NCBI GenBank assembly: GCA_963798085.1 | Contig: CAWCRS010000007.1 | Location: 1,024,001 to 1,088,000, forward strand | Direction: 5' to 3' | Length of the DNA: 64,000 nt | From: an uncultured Gemmatimonadales bacterium | GTDB taxonomy: Bacteria > Gemmatimonadota > Gemmatimonadetes > Longimicrobiales > RSA9 | In this document: positions 48,782 through 59,115 of the stretch, piece by piece | Layout: each line of letters begins with the position of its first letter | Position numbering within the stretch: position 1 is the first letter of the stretch | The notes under the pieces: model-generated | What the model was told of the DNA's origin: nothing | The model's database searches: none | The model's input: the letters and a program-made list of their open reading frames with translations, nothing else | Made by a program: the position numbers and the translations under genes

Positions 48782-49974
48782 GACGACGCTTCTTCTTCGC
48801 CGCGCCACTGCTCGCGCTGCTGTGCGCCGGGCCCGCGCTGGCACAGTCGCTCTTTGCCACGCGCGGTCTGGGTACGCCCATTGTGCCGGTGGATGCGCGT
48901 TCGCGCGCCCTGGGCGGCATCGGCATCGGCCTGTTCGGGCTCAACATGTCGCTGGTCAATCCGGCGGACGTGGCGGGACTCGCGCGCCGCGGCATTGGCG
49001 CCGAGCTGCAGCCGGGCTCCACCAACGCGGACGTGGGCGGACAGTCGGGCGGGCTCAGCGCCGCGCGCTTCCCCATGATGCGCATCGTCTATCCCGTTTC
49101 CAGCACGGTGTTAGCCAGCCTGGGCTATGGCGGGCTGCTGGAACAGTCGTGGGGCGTCACCCTGAGCAACAAGGAGATCATCGGCGCGGACACCGTCGAC
49201 ACCACGGACAACATCGTCTCCACCGGTGGTGTGGCAAAACTGGCGCTGGGCGCGGCCGTGCAGGTATCGCCCTGGCTGTCACTGGGCGGCGCCGGCGGCC
49301 TCTATACGGGCAGCCTGGACCGGCGGGTGAGCCGCACGTTCGCCGACAGCACACTCGGACTGCGCGAGTTCGACAGCCGCCTGACATGGAATTATCACGG
49401 CGCGTTTGCCACACTCGGCTTCCGCGCCAATGCGGGCCAGACGCTGCGTGCGGGGGCCGCGATCACCCTGAGCCAGCACCTGCGCATCGAGGGACAGGAC
49501 TCGACCGCGCGCGATGATCGCGCGGACGTGCCCCTGCGCGTCTCTGCCGGTCTCAGCTCCGCGTTCTCCAGTTCCTGGCTGGCTACGGCCGGCATGGAAT
49601 GGAACGGCGGCGGCACCAAGCCCGTCTTCCAGTCGACCGATGCCAGTGCCATGCAGCGCAGCACCTGGCGTCTGGGCGGCGGCCTCGAGTACGAAGGCGC
49701 GCAGAAGGGCGGCCGAGTGTTCCCGCTGCGCGTGGGTGGCAGCTGGACGCAGTTCCCCTACTTCAACGCCGGTGAATCACCCGCGTCGGAATGGAGCGTG
49801 GCGCTGGGCGCGGGTGCCCGCCTGGCCGCGGACCAGGGTGGCCAGCCACTGGCCGTCGCCGACGTCGCCCTCGAGCGCGGCGGCCGGCGAGGTCTGGCCA
49901 GCACGCAGCTGCCGGGCGGCCTCAAGGAGTCCTTCTGGCGCATTTCCTTCTCGCTCTCGCTGTTCGGTCAGTGA
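48778..49974 (+). CDS. Putative outer-membrane beta-barrel protein (FadL/PorV-like)
   Basis: Signal peptide, DARSRALGG...NPA N-terminal motif, alternating strands, aromatic C-terminal strand. Confidence 0.65.
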   Translation: MRRRFFFAAPLLALLCAGPALAQSLFATRGLGTPIVPVDARSRALGGIGIGLFGLNMSLVNPADVAGLARRGIGAELQPGSTNADVGGQSGGLSAARFPMMRIVYPVSSTVLASLGYGGLLEQSWGVTLSNKEIIGADTVDTTDNIVSTGGVAKLALGAAVQVSPWLSLGGAGGLYTGSLDRRVSRTFADSTLGLREFDSRLTWNYHGAFATLGFRANAGQTLRAGAAITLSQHLRIEGQDSTARDDRADVPLRVSAGLSSAFSSSWLATAGMEWNGGGTKPVFQSTDASAMQRSTWRLGGGLEYEGAQKGGRVFPLRVGGSWTQFPYFNAGESPASEWSVALGAGARLAADQGGQPLAVADVALERGGRRGLASTQLPGGLKESFWRISFSLSLFGQ

Positions 49975-49999
49975 CCGGCGCAGCCTGACGCTTTCCGCC

Positions 50000-51614
50000 A
50001 TGGAAACGCCCCCGCAGATACGCGATCCTGTCGCCGGCACGCCGCCAGCCGGCCGGCGCGCCTACGTCGAGACGTACGGCTGCCGAGATGAACATCAGTG
50101 ATGGCGAGCTGATGCAGGGTGTGCTGACGGCCTGCGGCTTCGAGCTGGCCGCGCGACCCGATGACGCCAATGTCATCCTGGTCAACACCTGCGCCATCCG
50201 AGAGCACGCGGAACAACGTGTTATCGGCCGCGTGGGCGAGCTGTACCGCTTCAAACGCGACCGGCCCGACACCGTCATCGGCGTGACCGGCTGCATGGCG
50301 CAGCGCATGGGCACGGCGCTGCTGGAGCGCGCGCCCTACGTGGACTTCGTGATGGGCCCGGACGGCTACCGCGGCCTGCCTGATGTGCTGGCCCGCCTGC
50401 GTCCATGGGCCGGCCGTGCGGCCGTGTCCACGCGCGTTGCGCGCGACGGCGTCGGGGCGGGCGAGGCAGCCGTCGCGGCTGTGCTGACGCAGGATGCGGA
50501 TGCGCATGGCGGACCGTCACAGGACGCGCCCGGTCCGCCCTTCACGGCGCAGGCGACGCCGCGCCGTTCGCTCCCCGTGCTCGCGACCGGCGCAGCGGCG
50601 GTCGCCGGTGAAGAGGCGGAAGCGGCGTCGTCGCCTGCAAATGAGCGGTTAGCCGTACTCGAGTTCGCGCCCGGCGAGAACTACGAAGGCCTGGAAGTGC
50701 GCCGCAGCTCGCGGGTCAGCGCCTGGGTGCCGGTACAGCGGGGCTGCGACTATCGCTGCACCTACTGCATCGTGCCGTACGTGCGCGGCGCCGAGAAGAA
50801 TCGCGACCCGGAGCGTGTGCTCGATGAGGTCAGGGCCACGGCGGCCGCCGGCATCACCGAGGTCGTGCTGCTGGGTCAGACCGTGAATTCCTGGCGCCAC
50901 GGCGCCTGGAGCTTCGCCCGGCTGATGCGCGCGGTGGCACGCACCGATGGCATCCGGCGGGTGCGCTTCACATCGCCGCACCCGAATGACGTGACGCCCG
51001 AGCTGGTCGCGGTGATGGCGGAGGAGCCCGCCGTCTGCCGGCAGCTGCACCTGCCCGTGCAGTCGGGACACGATCGCACGCTGCGCCGCATGCTGCGCCG
51101 CTACACGGTCGCGGAATACCTGCAGAAGGTGCGCATGGTGCGCGCGGCGATGCCGGATATTGCCCTGTCCACCGACATCATCGTCGCGTTCCCGGGCGAA
51201 ACCGATGCCGAGTACCAGGCCACACTCGAGCTGGTGCGCGAGGTGCGCTACGATGACGCTTTCCTCTACAAGTATTCCGCGCGCGAAGGCACGCCCGCCA
51301 CGCGACTGCCGCGCGCGGACTTCATCCCGGCCGCACTGGCGCAGGAGCGGCTCGAGCGGCTCATCGAGCTGCACCGCAGCATCCAGGCAGAGATCAACCA
51401 CGCGGAAGTCGGTCGCAGCATCGAAGTGCTGGTGGAACGGGCCGGCAAGACGCCCGGCGACGTCATGGGCCGCACCGAGTCGTACAAGACTGCGACCTTC
51501 CCGGGCGATGCCAGCCTCATCAATCGCTACCTCACGGTTCGCCTCACCGGCACGACCGGCGCCACCTTCCGGGCGGTGCGCGTGGAACCGACCGGGGAGC
51601 ACCGCGTGGCCTGA
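50000..51614 (+). CDS. miaB: tRNA methylthiotransferase MiaB, split by a single-base insertion at about 50085
   Basis: ETYGC / MN.SD, NTCAIRE, GCMAQ, CDYRCTYC (radical SAM), TRAM-like C-terminus. Confidence 0.92.
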
Positions 51615-51734
51615 GCCGCGGCGCGCCAGCGCGCAGCAGCCGAACCCCACGATCGAGCCGCCCAGCACACGCTGCGCGGCTCGATTGGCTTTCCGGGCCA
51701 TGGCGCTGGCCCGACGGCGCATCCGGCGGCCCGC

Positions 51735-54038
51735 GTGACACCCATCGTCCTGCTGACACTGGCGTTCGCAGGCGGAGCGCTGCCCGGGCTGCGCTGGCCC
51801 GTCGCCGCTCTGGCCGCCACCCTGCTGGCGGCGTCGCTGCTGCCGCTCGCGGCACTGCGGCGAGGCGCCAGCGCGCGCGGCTCCGGCCTGCTCGCCTTCT
51901 GCCTCATCGGCTACGCCACGGCCACCGCCGCCGTGCTGCAGGAACGCGCCGACTGCCGTGCACAACTGCCGGACGGCATCCTGCTGCGCGCCCAGGCCGC
52001 GGTCGACGGGCGGCTCGTGCCCCACGGCGAGCTGGTCCTGCGCCTCGAGCAGATCAGCATCGGCAGGCGGACCCTGGCCTGCAGTGGCCCCGTTAACACG
52101 CGGTTATCCGCGGACCGCCTGGCTCCCGGCAGCGCGCACGTGCAGGTGACCGGCCGGTGGTGGCGCAATCCGCCGATGTCAGGCTGGCCGGTGCGCGCCG
52201 CGCGCGCCGGCCAGCTGGCGGTGACCAGTGCTGCGCCGCTGCGGCTGCCCCATGCGCACGCGCTGCTGCGCGCGCGCAACCAGACACTGCGCGCGGTGCA
52301 CACCCTCTTCCCGACGGAAGCCGCACTGGTCGAGGCGCTGCTGCTGGCACGTCGCGAATCGCTGGACACGGCACTCAAGCAGGAATTCGCCGCCGCCGGT
52401 CTCGCGCACCTGCTCGCCATCTCGGGTGCCCACGTCGGTATCCTCGCCGGAATCGTGCTGCTGCTCGCACGACTGCTGCGACTCCGGCCTCGCCGCGCCA
52501 TGCTCGCTTCCGCACTCGTCACCAGCATGTACGTCGGGTTCCTCGGCGCGCCCGCAGCCGCCACGCGCGCCGCGATTCAGGGTCTTGCCCTGCTCGCTTC
52601 CCGCTTCACGCAACGGCCCGCCGAACCGTTCTCGCTGCTCGCCGGGGCCGCACTGCTGCTGCTGGCGGCGGATCCGTTCTTTCTGCTCGATGCCGGCTTT
52701 CAACTTTCCTTTGCCGGCGTGTTCGGATTGCTCGCGTTCCACAGCCCTGCGCGCGACATGCTGCCGCGCGCACTGCCGCGCGTCATCACCCAGGCTCTGG
52801 CGGCATCGCTCGCCGCGTCGGCCGCAACCGCACCCATCGCCGCCTGGCACTTCGGCCTCCTCTCCATCATCGGGCCGCTCGCAAACCTGGTGGCCGCGCC
52901 ACTCCTGGCGCTGGCCATACCGGCCATGACGTTGTCGCTCATGGCAGGCACGGTGGAAGCACACACGGGCCGCTTCCTCGGCGGTGGTGCCGAAATCGCG
53001 CTACGGCTGTTGCGCGCCATCGCGCACCTGGCCGCGGAAGTCCCCGCCGGACACGTGCGCGTCACGCCGGACGCCGTGACTGCCACGCTGCTCGCCACTG
53101 CAGCCTTTCTGATCGCCGGACCGCAGGTCAGAAAACATCTCCAACCGGCAGCGGGACGCCGGCGAAGAGGGCGGCGCGTGCAGAAGGCCGTGCAGAGCGG
53201 CGTCGCCATCGCGGCGCTGATCGCGGTGCCGCTTTTCCACGCGGGCAGCGGCGACCTCGAGATCCACGCGATCAATGTGGGACAGGGCGACGCCATCGCC
53301 ATCCGCACCCCCGGCAATCACTGGCTGCTCGTGGACACAGGCCCGTCGACACCCGACTTCGATGCCGGCCGGGAACGCGTGCTGCCATACCTGCGAGCGC
53401 ACGGCGTGCGCCGCCTCGACGTCGTCATCCTCACCCATCCGCACGCGGATCACATTGGCGGCGCGCCCGCGGTGTGGCAGTCCCTGCCGGTGGGAGTCGT
53501 CATCGATCCGGCGACGCCGGCATCGGAGTCGCGGTACCTGGAGGTGCTGGCGGACGCGGCATCGCACCACATCCGCTGGCAGGCGGGTCGGGCGGGTCGC
53601 GGGCTGGAGATAGATAACGTGACATTACGACTACTTGCGCCGCGCGATTCCGCGCTTGACGAAGTCGAAGACCCGAACGACCTTAGCGTGGTATTTCACC
53701 TTGAGTACGGCCACTTCTCGGCCCTGTTCCTGGGCGATGCGTCGCAGTCCGTCGAGAACTGGATGATCCGGCAGTCCGACGTATCTCTCGCCTCCGCTCT
53801 GCTCAAGGTGGGACATCACGGCAGCCGGACGGCGACCGGCGATTCCCTGCTGGACGCGGTGCGGCCGCGCGTGGCTGTCATTTCCGTCGGTCGTCGCAAC
53901 CGCTACGGCCATCCCGCTCCCGATGTGATCGCGCGACTGCGCGCGCACGGTGTGCGGGTGATGCGGACGGATCTCAACGGGAGTGTCGTGGTGAAAGCGC
54001 GGACCGACGGCACCATGGAGGTTTTCGCGAGTCGATGA
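51735..54038 (+). CDS. comEC: Competence protein ComEC/Rec2
   Basis: HLLAISGAH, GFQLSF, VGQGD, THPHADH, KVGHHGS, NRYGHP. Confidence 0.92.
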   Translation: MTPIVLLTLAFAGGALPGLRWPVAALAATLLAASLLPLAALRRGASARGSGLLAFCLIGYATATAAVLQERADCRAQLPDGILLRAQAAVDGRLVPHGELVLRLEQISIGRRTLACSGPVNTRLSADRLAPGSAHVQVTGRWWRNPPMSGWPVRAARAGQLAVTSAAPLRLPHAHALLRARNQTLRAVHTLFPTEAALVEALLLARRESLDTALKQEFAAAGLAHLLAISGAHVGILAGIVLLLARLLRLRPRRAMLASALVTSMYVGFLGAPAAATRAAIQGLALLASRFTQRPAEPFSLLAGAALLLLAADPFFLLDAGFQLSFAGVFGLLAFHSPARDMLPRALPRVITQALAASLAASAATAPIAAWHFGLLSIIGPLANLVAAPLLALAIPAMTLSLMAGTVEAHTGRFLGGGAEIALRLLRAIAHLAAEVPAGHVRVTPDAVTATLLATAAFLIAGPQVRKHLQPAAGRRRRGRRVQKAVQSGVAIAALIAVPLFHAGSGDLEIHAINVGQGDAIAIRTPGNHWLLVDTGPSTPDFDAGRERVLPYLRAHGVRRLDVVILTHPHADHIGGAPAVWQSLPVGVVIDPATPASESRYLEVLADAASHHIRWQAGRAGRGLEIDNVTLRLLAPRDSALDEVEDPNDLSVVFHLEYGHFSALFLGDASQSVENWMIRQSDVSLASALLKVGHHGSRTATGDSLLDAVRPRVAVISVGRRNRYGHPAPDVIARLRAHGVRVMRTDLNGSVVVKARTDGTMEVFASR

Positions 54039-54394
54039 GCATCACGGCCTTGTGGCGGCGGTTGCCGGGCAGCGGCGTGGATGACGTGCCGCTGCCGCGC
54101 GGCGTGCGGCTGGTGCGTGGCGCGTGGATCCCCGTGGTGGGCGGCTGGCTGTGCGGCATGCGCGGGCCGGCGGCAGCGGTCACGCTGGGGTCCATCATTG
54201 TCGTGCATCCGGCTGTGGTGCTCACACCCCGTTTGCTGGCGCACGAGCTTGCACACGTGCAACAGTGGCGGACTCGACCGCTGGCTTTTCCGTGGCTCTA
54301 CATCTGGCACCATTTTCGCCACGGTTACGACGCCAACCCCTTCGAGATCACGGCGCGGGCGGCGGAACGCCTCCAGGATCGGAGCCAACCATGA
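54035..54394 (+). CDS. Small HExxH protein (DUF4157-like)
   Basis: [23 protein letters not shown]. Confidence 0.7.
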   Translation: MSITALWRRLPGSGVDDVPLPRGVRLVRGAWIPVVGGWLCGMRGPAAAVTLGSIIVVHPAVVLTPRLLAHELAHVQQWRTRPLAFPWLYIWHHFRHGYDANPFEITARAAERLQDRSQP

Positions 54395-55413
54395 ATCACA
54401 GGTCGGTGGTTACGATTGAGCGCCACATCATCGAGCAGGAGCGGCGACACCCCGAGGCGACGGGCGCTTTCACGGGTCTGCTCTACGAGATCGCGCTCGC
54501 GGCGAAGATGATTGCACGCGACGTGAACATGGCCGGCCTGATCGACATTCTGGGTGGCACGGATCGCACGAACGTGCACGGTGAAGAAGTGAAGAAGCTG
54601 GACGAGTGGGCGAACGATGTGATCTTCCGCGCGCTCGACCATGGCGGCTATCTCTGCTGCATGGCATCGGAGGAATGCGAGGACATTGTTCCCATCCCGG
54701 AGGCCTTTCCGGCGGGACATTACGTCCTGCTCTATGACCCCCTGGATGGCTCCTCGAACATCGACGCCAACGTTTCGATCGGCACCATCTTCTCGGTGCA
54801 GCGCAAGATCTCGAAGGGGCCGCGCGGCTCGCTGGAGGACTGCCTGCAGCCGGGGCGCCGGCAGGTGGGGGCGGGGTACGTCGTGTACGGTTCCTCGACG
54901 ATGCTGGTGTACACGACGGGTGCGGGCGTGCACGGCTTCACGCTCGATCCGTCGATCGGCGAGTTCGTGCTGAGCCATCCAAACATGCGGTTTCCCGAGC
55001 AGCCGCAGCGCATCTACAGTGTCAACGAAGGCAACTACCTGCGCTGGTCGGACGGGCAGAAGCGGCTGGTCGATCATCTCAAGGGTCTGGACGGCCGCAA
55101 TTCCCGGCCTTTCTCCCTGCGCTACATCGGATCGCTGGTGGCGGATTTTCATCGCACCCTGCTGTACGGCGGCCTGTTCATGTACCCGGCCGACGGCAAG
55201 AACACGCAGGGCAAGCTGCGGTTGCTCTACGAGGCGGCGCCGCTGTCGTTCATCAGCGAGCTGGCGGGCGGCTGCGGCTCGGATGGCGAGCGCAACATTC
55301 TCGACATCCAGCCTTCCGAGCTGCACCAGCGCACGCCCCTGTATCTGGGGTCGAAGGAGCACGTGGCGCTGGCGGAATCGTTCCTCCGCGAAGAGGCCGC
55401 GGTCGGCGCCTGA
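54391..55413 (+). CDS. fbp: Fructose-1,6-bisphosphatase class I
   Basis: [34 protein letters not shown]. Confidence 0.96.
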   Translation: MNHRSVVTIERHIIEQERRHPEATGAFTGLLYEIALAAKMIARDVNMAGLIDILGGTDRTNVHGEEVKKLDEWANDVIFRALDHGGYLCCMASEECEDIVPIPEAFPAGHYVLLYDPLDGSSNIDANVSIGTIFSVQRKISKGPRGSLEDCLQPGRRQVGAGYVVYGSSTMLVYTTGAGVHGFTLDPSIGEFVLSHPNMRFPEQPQRIYSVNEGNYLRWSDGQKRLVDHLKGLDGRNSRPFSLRYIGSLVADFHRTLLYGGLFMYPADGKNTQGKLRLLYEAAPLSFISELAGGCGSDGERNILDIQPSELHQRTPLYLGSKEHVALAESFLREEAAVGA

Positions 55414-55535
55414 TCGGCGTTTTCGCGGCGGGCTCTGCGCGCCGGTTCACAGCCCGTCCCCGCCCGTCTTTCCTGCGTCGGGAAGCTGATCCTCGCCCGT
55501 TACTGCGCGTTTACCGAACACCCTCTCCGGCTTGC

Positions 55536-55565
55536 TTGACGTTTTCGCGGGCGGGCGGGTAACTT
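55536..55565 (+). promoter_or_regulatory. Candidate sigma70 promoter for TonB-dependent receptor
   Basis: TTGACG (55536-55541), 18 bp spacer, TAACTT (55560-55565). Confidence 0.5.
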
Positions 55566-55699
55566 CGCACCCCGATCCGGACTGGCGGTCGGTCCGGAGC
55601 CCACGGCTGTGGCCCAAGGGACGGGTTCGGAACGCCGACGGACGGCGCCGTTCGCTGGCCCCCCTTCCCCGGACTCCAAGATCAGGAGGCTAACCGATT

Positions 55700-58600
55700 A
55701 TGTACCTCAGATCGAGGGCTGCCATGACAGCGCTGGTTGCACTGGTGCTCGTCACTGGTTCCGCGCCCAAGGTCAGTGCTCAAGGTGTGACCACCGGTGC
55801 CATTACCGGCACCGTAACCGATCCGCAGAACCAACCCGTCGTTAACGCGCAGGTCCTGATCACCAACAAGTCGACAGGTTTCACGACCGGCGTGCTGACA
55901 CGGCAGAACGGGCTGTACTTCATCCAGGGTCTGGAAACCGGCGGCCCGTACACCGTATCGATCAAGAGCGTGGGTTTTGCGGACGTTGCCCGCGACAACA
56001 TCTACGTCCGTCTCTCGGCTACCACGCGTGTAGACATTCAGCTGTCCATACAGGCGGTCGAGCTGCAGGGCCTGTCCGTGACGGTGGCGCAGACCGGGGA
56101 CTTCAGTCCCACCCGGCAGGGCGTTTCCAGTGTGGTGGGTGACACACTGATCCACCGTATTCCCACGCTCAGCCGCGACTTCACGGATCTGCTCAAGCTG
56201 ACACCGCAGGTGGTCCGGCCGCTGGATGGCACGGGCGCGAGCGCGGGTGGCGCGTACGTGCGGTTCAACGCGTACACCATCGACGGCGCCAACACCAGTG
56301 AGCGGTTCAACCTGTACAGCACGGGCAGCATTCCCGGCGGCTCCGGCAATGGCCGCCTCATCTCGATCAATGCGGTGAAGGAGTTCCGCGTGCTGATGAC
56401 GCCCTCGGATGTGCGCCAGGGCAACTTCGCGGGCATGCTGGTCAACGCCGTCACCAAGAGTGGCACCAACGAGTGGCACGGCGGCGGCAGTTTCGCCTAC
56501 CGCAACGAACAGTTCGCGGCCACCCAGCTGCGCGCCACGGATCTCACAGTCAAGCAGTACGGCATCCATTTCGGCGGTCCCATCATCAAGGACCGGCTGC
56601 AGTTCTTCATCGCACCGGAGTGGCAGCAGCGCGCTTCGCCCGCATCGGGGCCGTATTACAACGGCAGCGCGGCTTCGAATCCGTCACCGGCCGTGCCGCT
56701 GGACAGCCTCAATTTCATCGCCAGCATCATGCAGACGAAGTACGGCTTCAATGTGGGCTCGACGGGTCCGGTCAGCAACGAGAACCCGCTCACGAACCTC
56801 TTCGGCCGACTCGATTTCCAGATCAGCCAGAGTCATCGCCTGGTGCTGCGCCAGATCTACAATCGCACGGAGAGCACGTCGTTCTTCCGCAATGACAACT
56901 CGCTGGTCAATTCTCCGACCACGCAGAACAGCGGCTTCCGCTTCGGTTCGAACCTGTTCACGGGCGTGAACAAGAACAGCTCGAGCGTGCTCCAGCTGTA
57001 CTCGAACTTCGCGGGCGGCTCGTCCAACGAGCTGATCGCCGGCTACAACACCATCCGCGATCTGCGCAACGTGCCCGTGGCATCGCCCGAGATCTCGGTG
57101 GGTGTGAATGTCAGCGGCACGACGCGCGCCGTGACCATGGGCACCGAGGAGTTCTCGCCCGGCAACAAGCTGGACCAGAACATCCTCGAGATCGTGGACA
57201 ACTACACGATCCCACTCCGCAAACACACGGTTACCATTGGTGGTCGCCTGGACCACACCAAGATCTTCGACAACTTCGCGCAGCGTTCCAACGGCGTGTA
57301 CGTGTTTCCCACGATCGCGGCGCTGAACGCCGGCACGCCCTCCGGCTATTCCATTGCCTATGACAACAGCGGCACGGGCAACGGCATTCCGGCGAATTTC
57401 CGGGTGGACCTGTACAGTCTCTATGCGCAGGATCAGTGGTCGCTCAATGACAGGCTGACGGTCACGTGGGGCCTGCGCGCGGACATACCGCGTCTGCTGG
57501 ACAAGCCGCTGCAGAACGACTCGCTGACCGCCAAGATCCCGTCGCTGCGCACGGATGTCGTGCCCAAGTCGACGCCGCTCTTCTCGCCGCGCGTCGGTTT
57601 CAACTTCGACCCGACCGGCGACCAGAAGAACCAGATCCGCGGCAACGTCGGCATCTACACGGGTCCGCCGCCCTACATCATGCTGGGCAACGCGTACCAG
57701 AACACCGGTCTCGGCCTGGTGACGCTGTCCTGCACGGGCACCACGGTGCCGTCGTTTGTTGTGGATGTGAGCCAGTTGCCCAAGGCGTGCGCGGGGCAGC
57801 CCGTGCCGGCGCCCGGCCAGGCGGGCACGGCTGGCATCAACCTGACCGACCCCAACTTCAAGTATCCGCAATACCTGGGTATCTCGGGCGGATTCGACCG
57901 GCGTCTGCCAGGCGACATGGTGCTCACCGTTGAAGCACTCTACCGCAAGGCGATCAACGGAATCCTGATCAAGGACGTGAATCTGAAGGGTCCGCGCATG
58001 GTCAATGGTCAGCCCTACACGGACGTCAACGGCCGTGTGCTCTATGCCGACACGATTTCTGCGTCGGGCAGCGTGACCAATACCAACCAGCGGCAGATCA
58101 CGAGCTTCCGCGGCGTTTCCTTCACGGAAGGGCTGATCCAGGTCACGAACCAGTCGAAGGACTTCAACTACTCGCTGTCGGCGCAGCTGACCAAGCGCTT
58201 CTCGAGCGCGTTCGAGGGCACAGTAGCCTACACTCGCCTGAAGTCCCGCAATGTGCAGAGCTTCACGTCCGATCGCGCGATCTCCAACTGGCGCAACGGC
58301 CGGCAGCTCTCCACCTCCCATGACGACCTCGTGCTGGCGCCATCGGTGTACGACCGGCCGGATCGCGTTCTGGCCTACGGTACCTGGACGCTGCCCTGGA
58401 AGATCACCGAGTTCTCGCTCTACTACGAGGGGATTTCGGGAACGCCGATCACCTACGTCGCGAACGGCGATCTGAACGGCGACGGCTACACGGGCAACGA
58501 TCCGATCTACATTCCCATGCACGCCACCGATGTGAACGAGTTCCGCATCGGCACGGGTGTGGGCACCGCTTTCGTGCAGGATCACGCACAGGCACAGGCG

Positions 58601-58996
58601 TTCAATGACTTCATCAGCGCCAACCCGTGCATGGACCAGCAGCGTGGCCACATCATGAACCGTGACAGCTGCCGCACGCCGTTCCAGAACCGGATCGATC
58701 TGTCGATCCGCCAGTCCGTGCCGCAGGTGGCCGGGCACCAGGTGGCGCTGCAGCTCGACATCTTCAATCTGGCGAATCTGATCAACAAGGACTGGGGCCA
58801 CATCAACGAGCCCACGCTCAGCGCGACGTTCCCCGATCAGCGCGCGCTCAGCCTGACGGGTCGCAATCCCGGCCCGTTGAACCAGTCGCTCTCGACGTTC
58901 ACGTTCGACAGCCGCCTGCGCGACAAGGGCGCGTTCGGGACTGTCGCGACTTCCAGCTATTACCAAATGCAGCTTACGCTGAAGTACAACTTCTAG
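55700..58996 (+). CDS. TonB-dependent receptor (Oar-type, N-terminal carboxypeptidase-regulatory-like domain)
   Basis: G.ITGTVTD, RDFTDL..LTP, NAVTKSGTN, LYAQDQW, SPRVGF, C-terminal Phe; AGGAGG RBS. Confidence 0.92.
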   Translation: MYLRSRAAMTALVALVLVTGSAPKVSAQGVTTGAITGTVTDPQNQPVVNAQVLITNKSTGFTTGVLTRQNGLYFIQGLETGGPYTVSIKSVGFADVARDNIYVRLSATTRVDIQLSIQAVELQGLSVTVAQTGDFSPTRQGVSSVVGDTLIHRIPTLSRDFTDLLKLTPQVVRPLDGTGASAGGAYVRFNAYTIDGANTSERFNLYSTGSIPGGSGNGRLISINAVKEFRVLMTPSDVRQGNFAGMLVNAVTKSGTNEWHGGGSFAYRNEQFAATQLRATDLTVKQYGIHFGGPIIKDRLQFFIAPEWQQRASPASGPYYNGSAASNPSPAVPLDSLNFIASIMQTKYGFNVGSTGPVSNENPLTNLFGRLDFQISQSHRLVLRQIYNRTESTSFFRNDNSLVNSPTTQNSGFRFGSNLFTGVNKNSSSVLQLYSNFAGGSSNELIAGYNTIRDLRNVPVASPEISVGVNVSGTTRAVTMGTEEFSPGNKLDQNILEIVDNYTIPLRKHTVTIGGRLDHTKIFDNFAQRSNGVYVFPTIAALNAGTPSGYSIAYDNSGTGNGIPANFRVDLYSLYAQDQWSLNDRLTVTWGLRADIPRLLDKPLQNDSLTAKIPSLRTDVVPKSTPLFSPRVGFNFDPTGDQKNQIRGNVGIYTGPPPYIMLGNAYQNTGLGLVTLSCTGTTVPSFVVDVSQLPKACAGQPVPAPGQAGTAGINLTDPNFKYPQYLGISGGFDRRLPGDMVLTVEALYRKAINGILIKDVNLKGPRMVNGQPYTDVNGRVLYADTISASGSVTNTNQRQITSFRGVSFTEGLIQVTNQSKDFNYSLSAQLTKRFSSAFEGTVAYTRLKSRNVQSFTSDRAISNWRNGRQLSTSHDDLVLAPSVYDRPDRVLAYGTWTLPWKITEFSLYYEGISGTPITYVANGDLNGDGYTGNDPIYIPMHATDVNEFRIGTGVGTAFVQDHAQAQAFNDFISANPCMDQQRGHIMNRDSCRTPFQNRIDLSIRQSVPQVAGHQVALQLDIFNLANLINKDWGHINEPTLSATFPDQRALSLTGRNPGPLNQSLSTFTFDSRLRDKGAFGTVATSSYYQMQLTLKYNF

Positions 58997-59021
58997 TCGC
59001 AGCCGGCGCTGCCTTTGCCGG

Positions 59022-59063
59022 AAAAACAGGAGCGCCTCCGCGCATGTCCGCGGAGGCGCTCTT
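59022..59063. terminator. Likely bidirectional Rho-independent terminator
   Basis: 13-bp perfect stem GAGCGCCTCCGCG/CGCGGAGGCGCTC with A run on the left, between convergent genes. Confidence 0.75.
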
Positions 59064-59115
59064 CGCTGGTATCTGACAGGGTGCGTCCGCACCCTGCCAC
59101 GCCGTTGTCGTACGC

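Noticed and set aside
1597..56371. Genetic-code reassignment of AAT to Asp
   Set aside because: AAT also encodes conserved Asn in the same context (Fts[18 protein letters not shown]), so wholesale reassignment does not fit.
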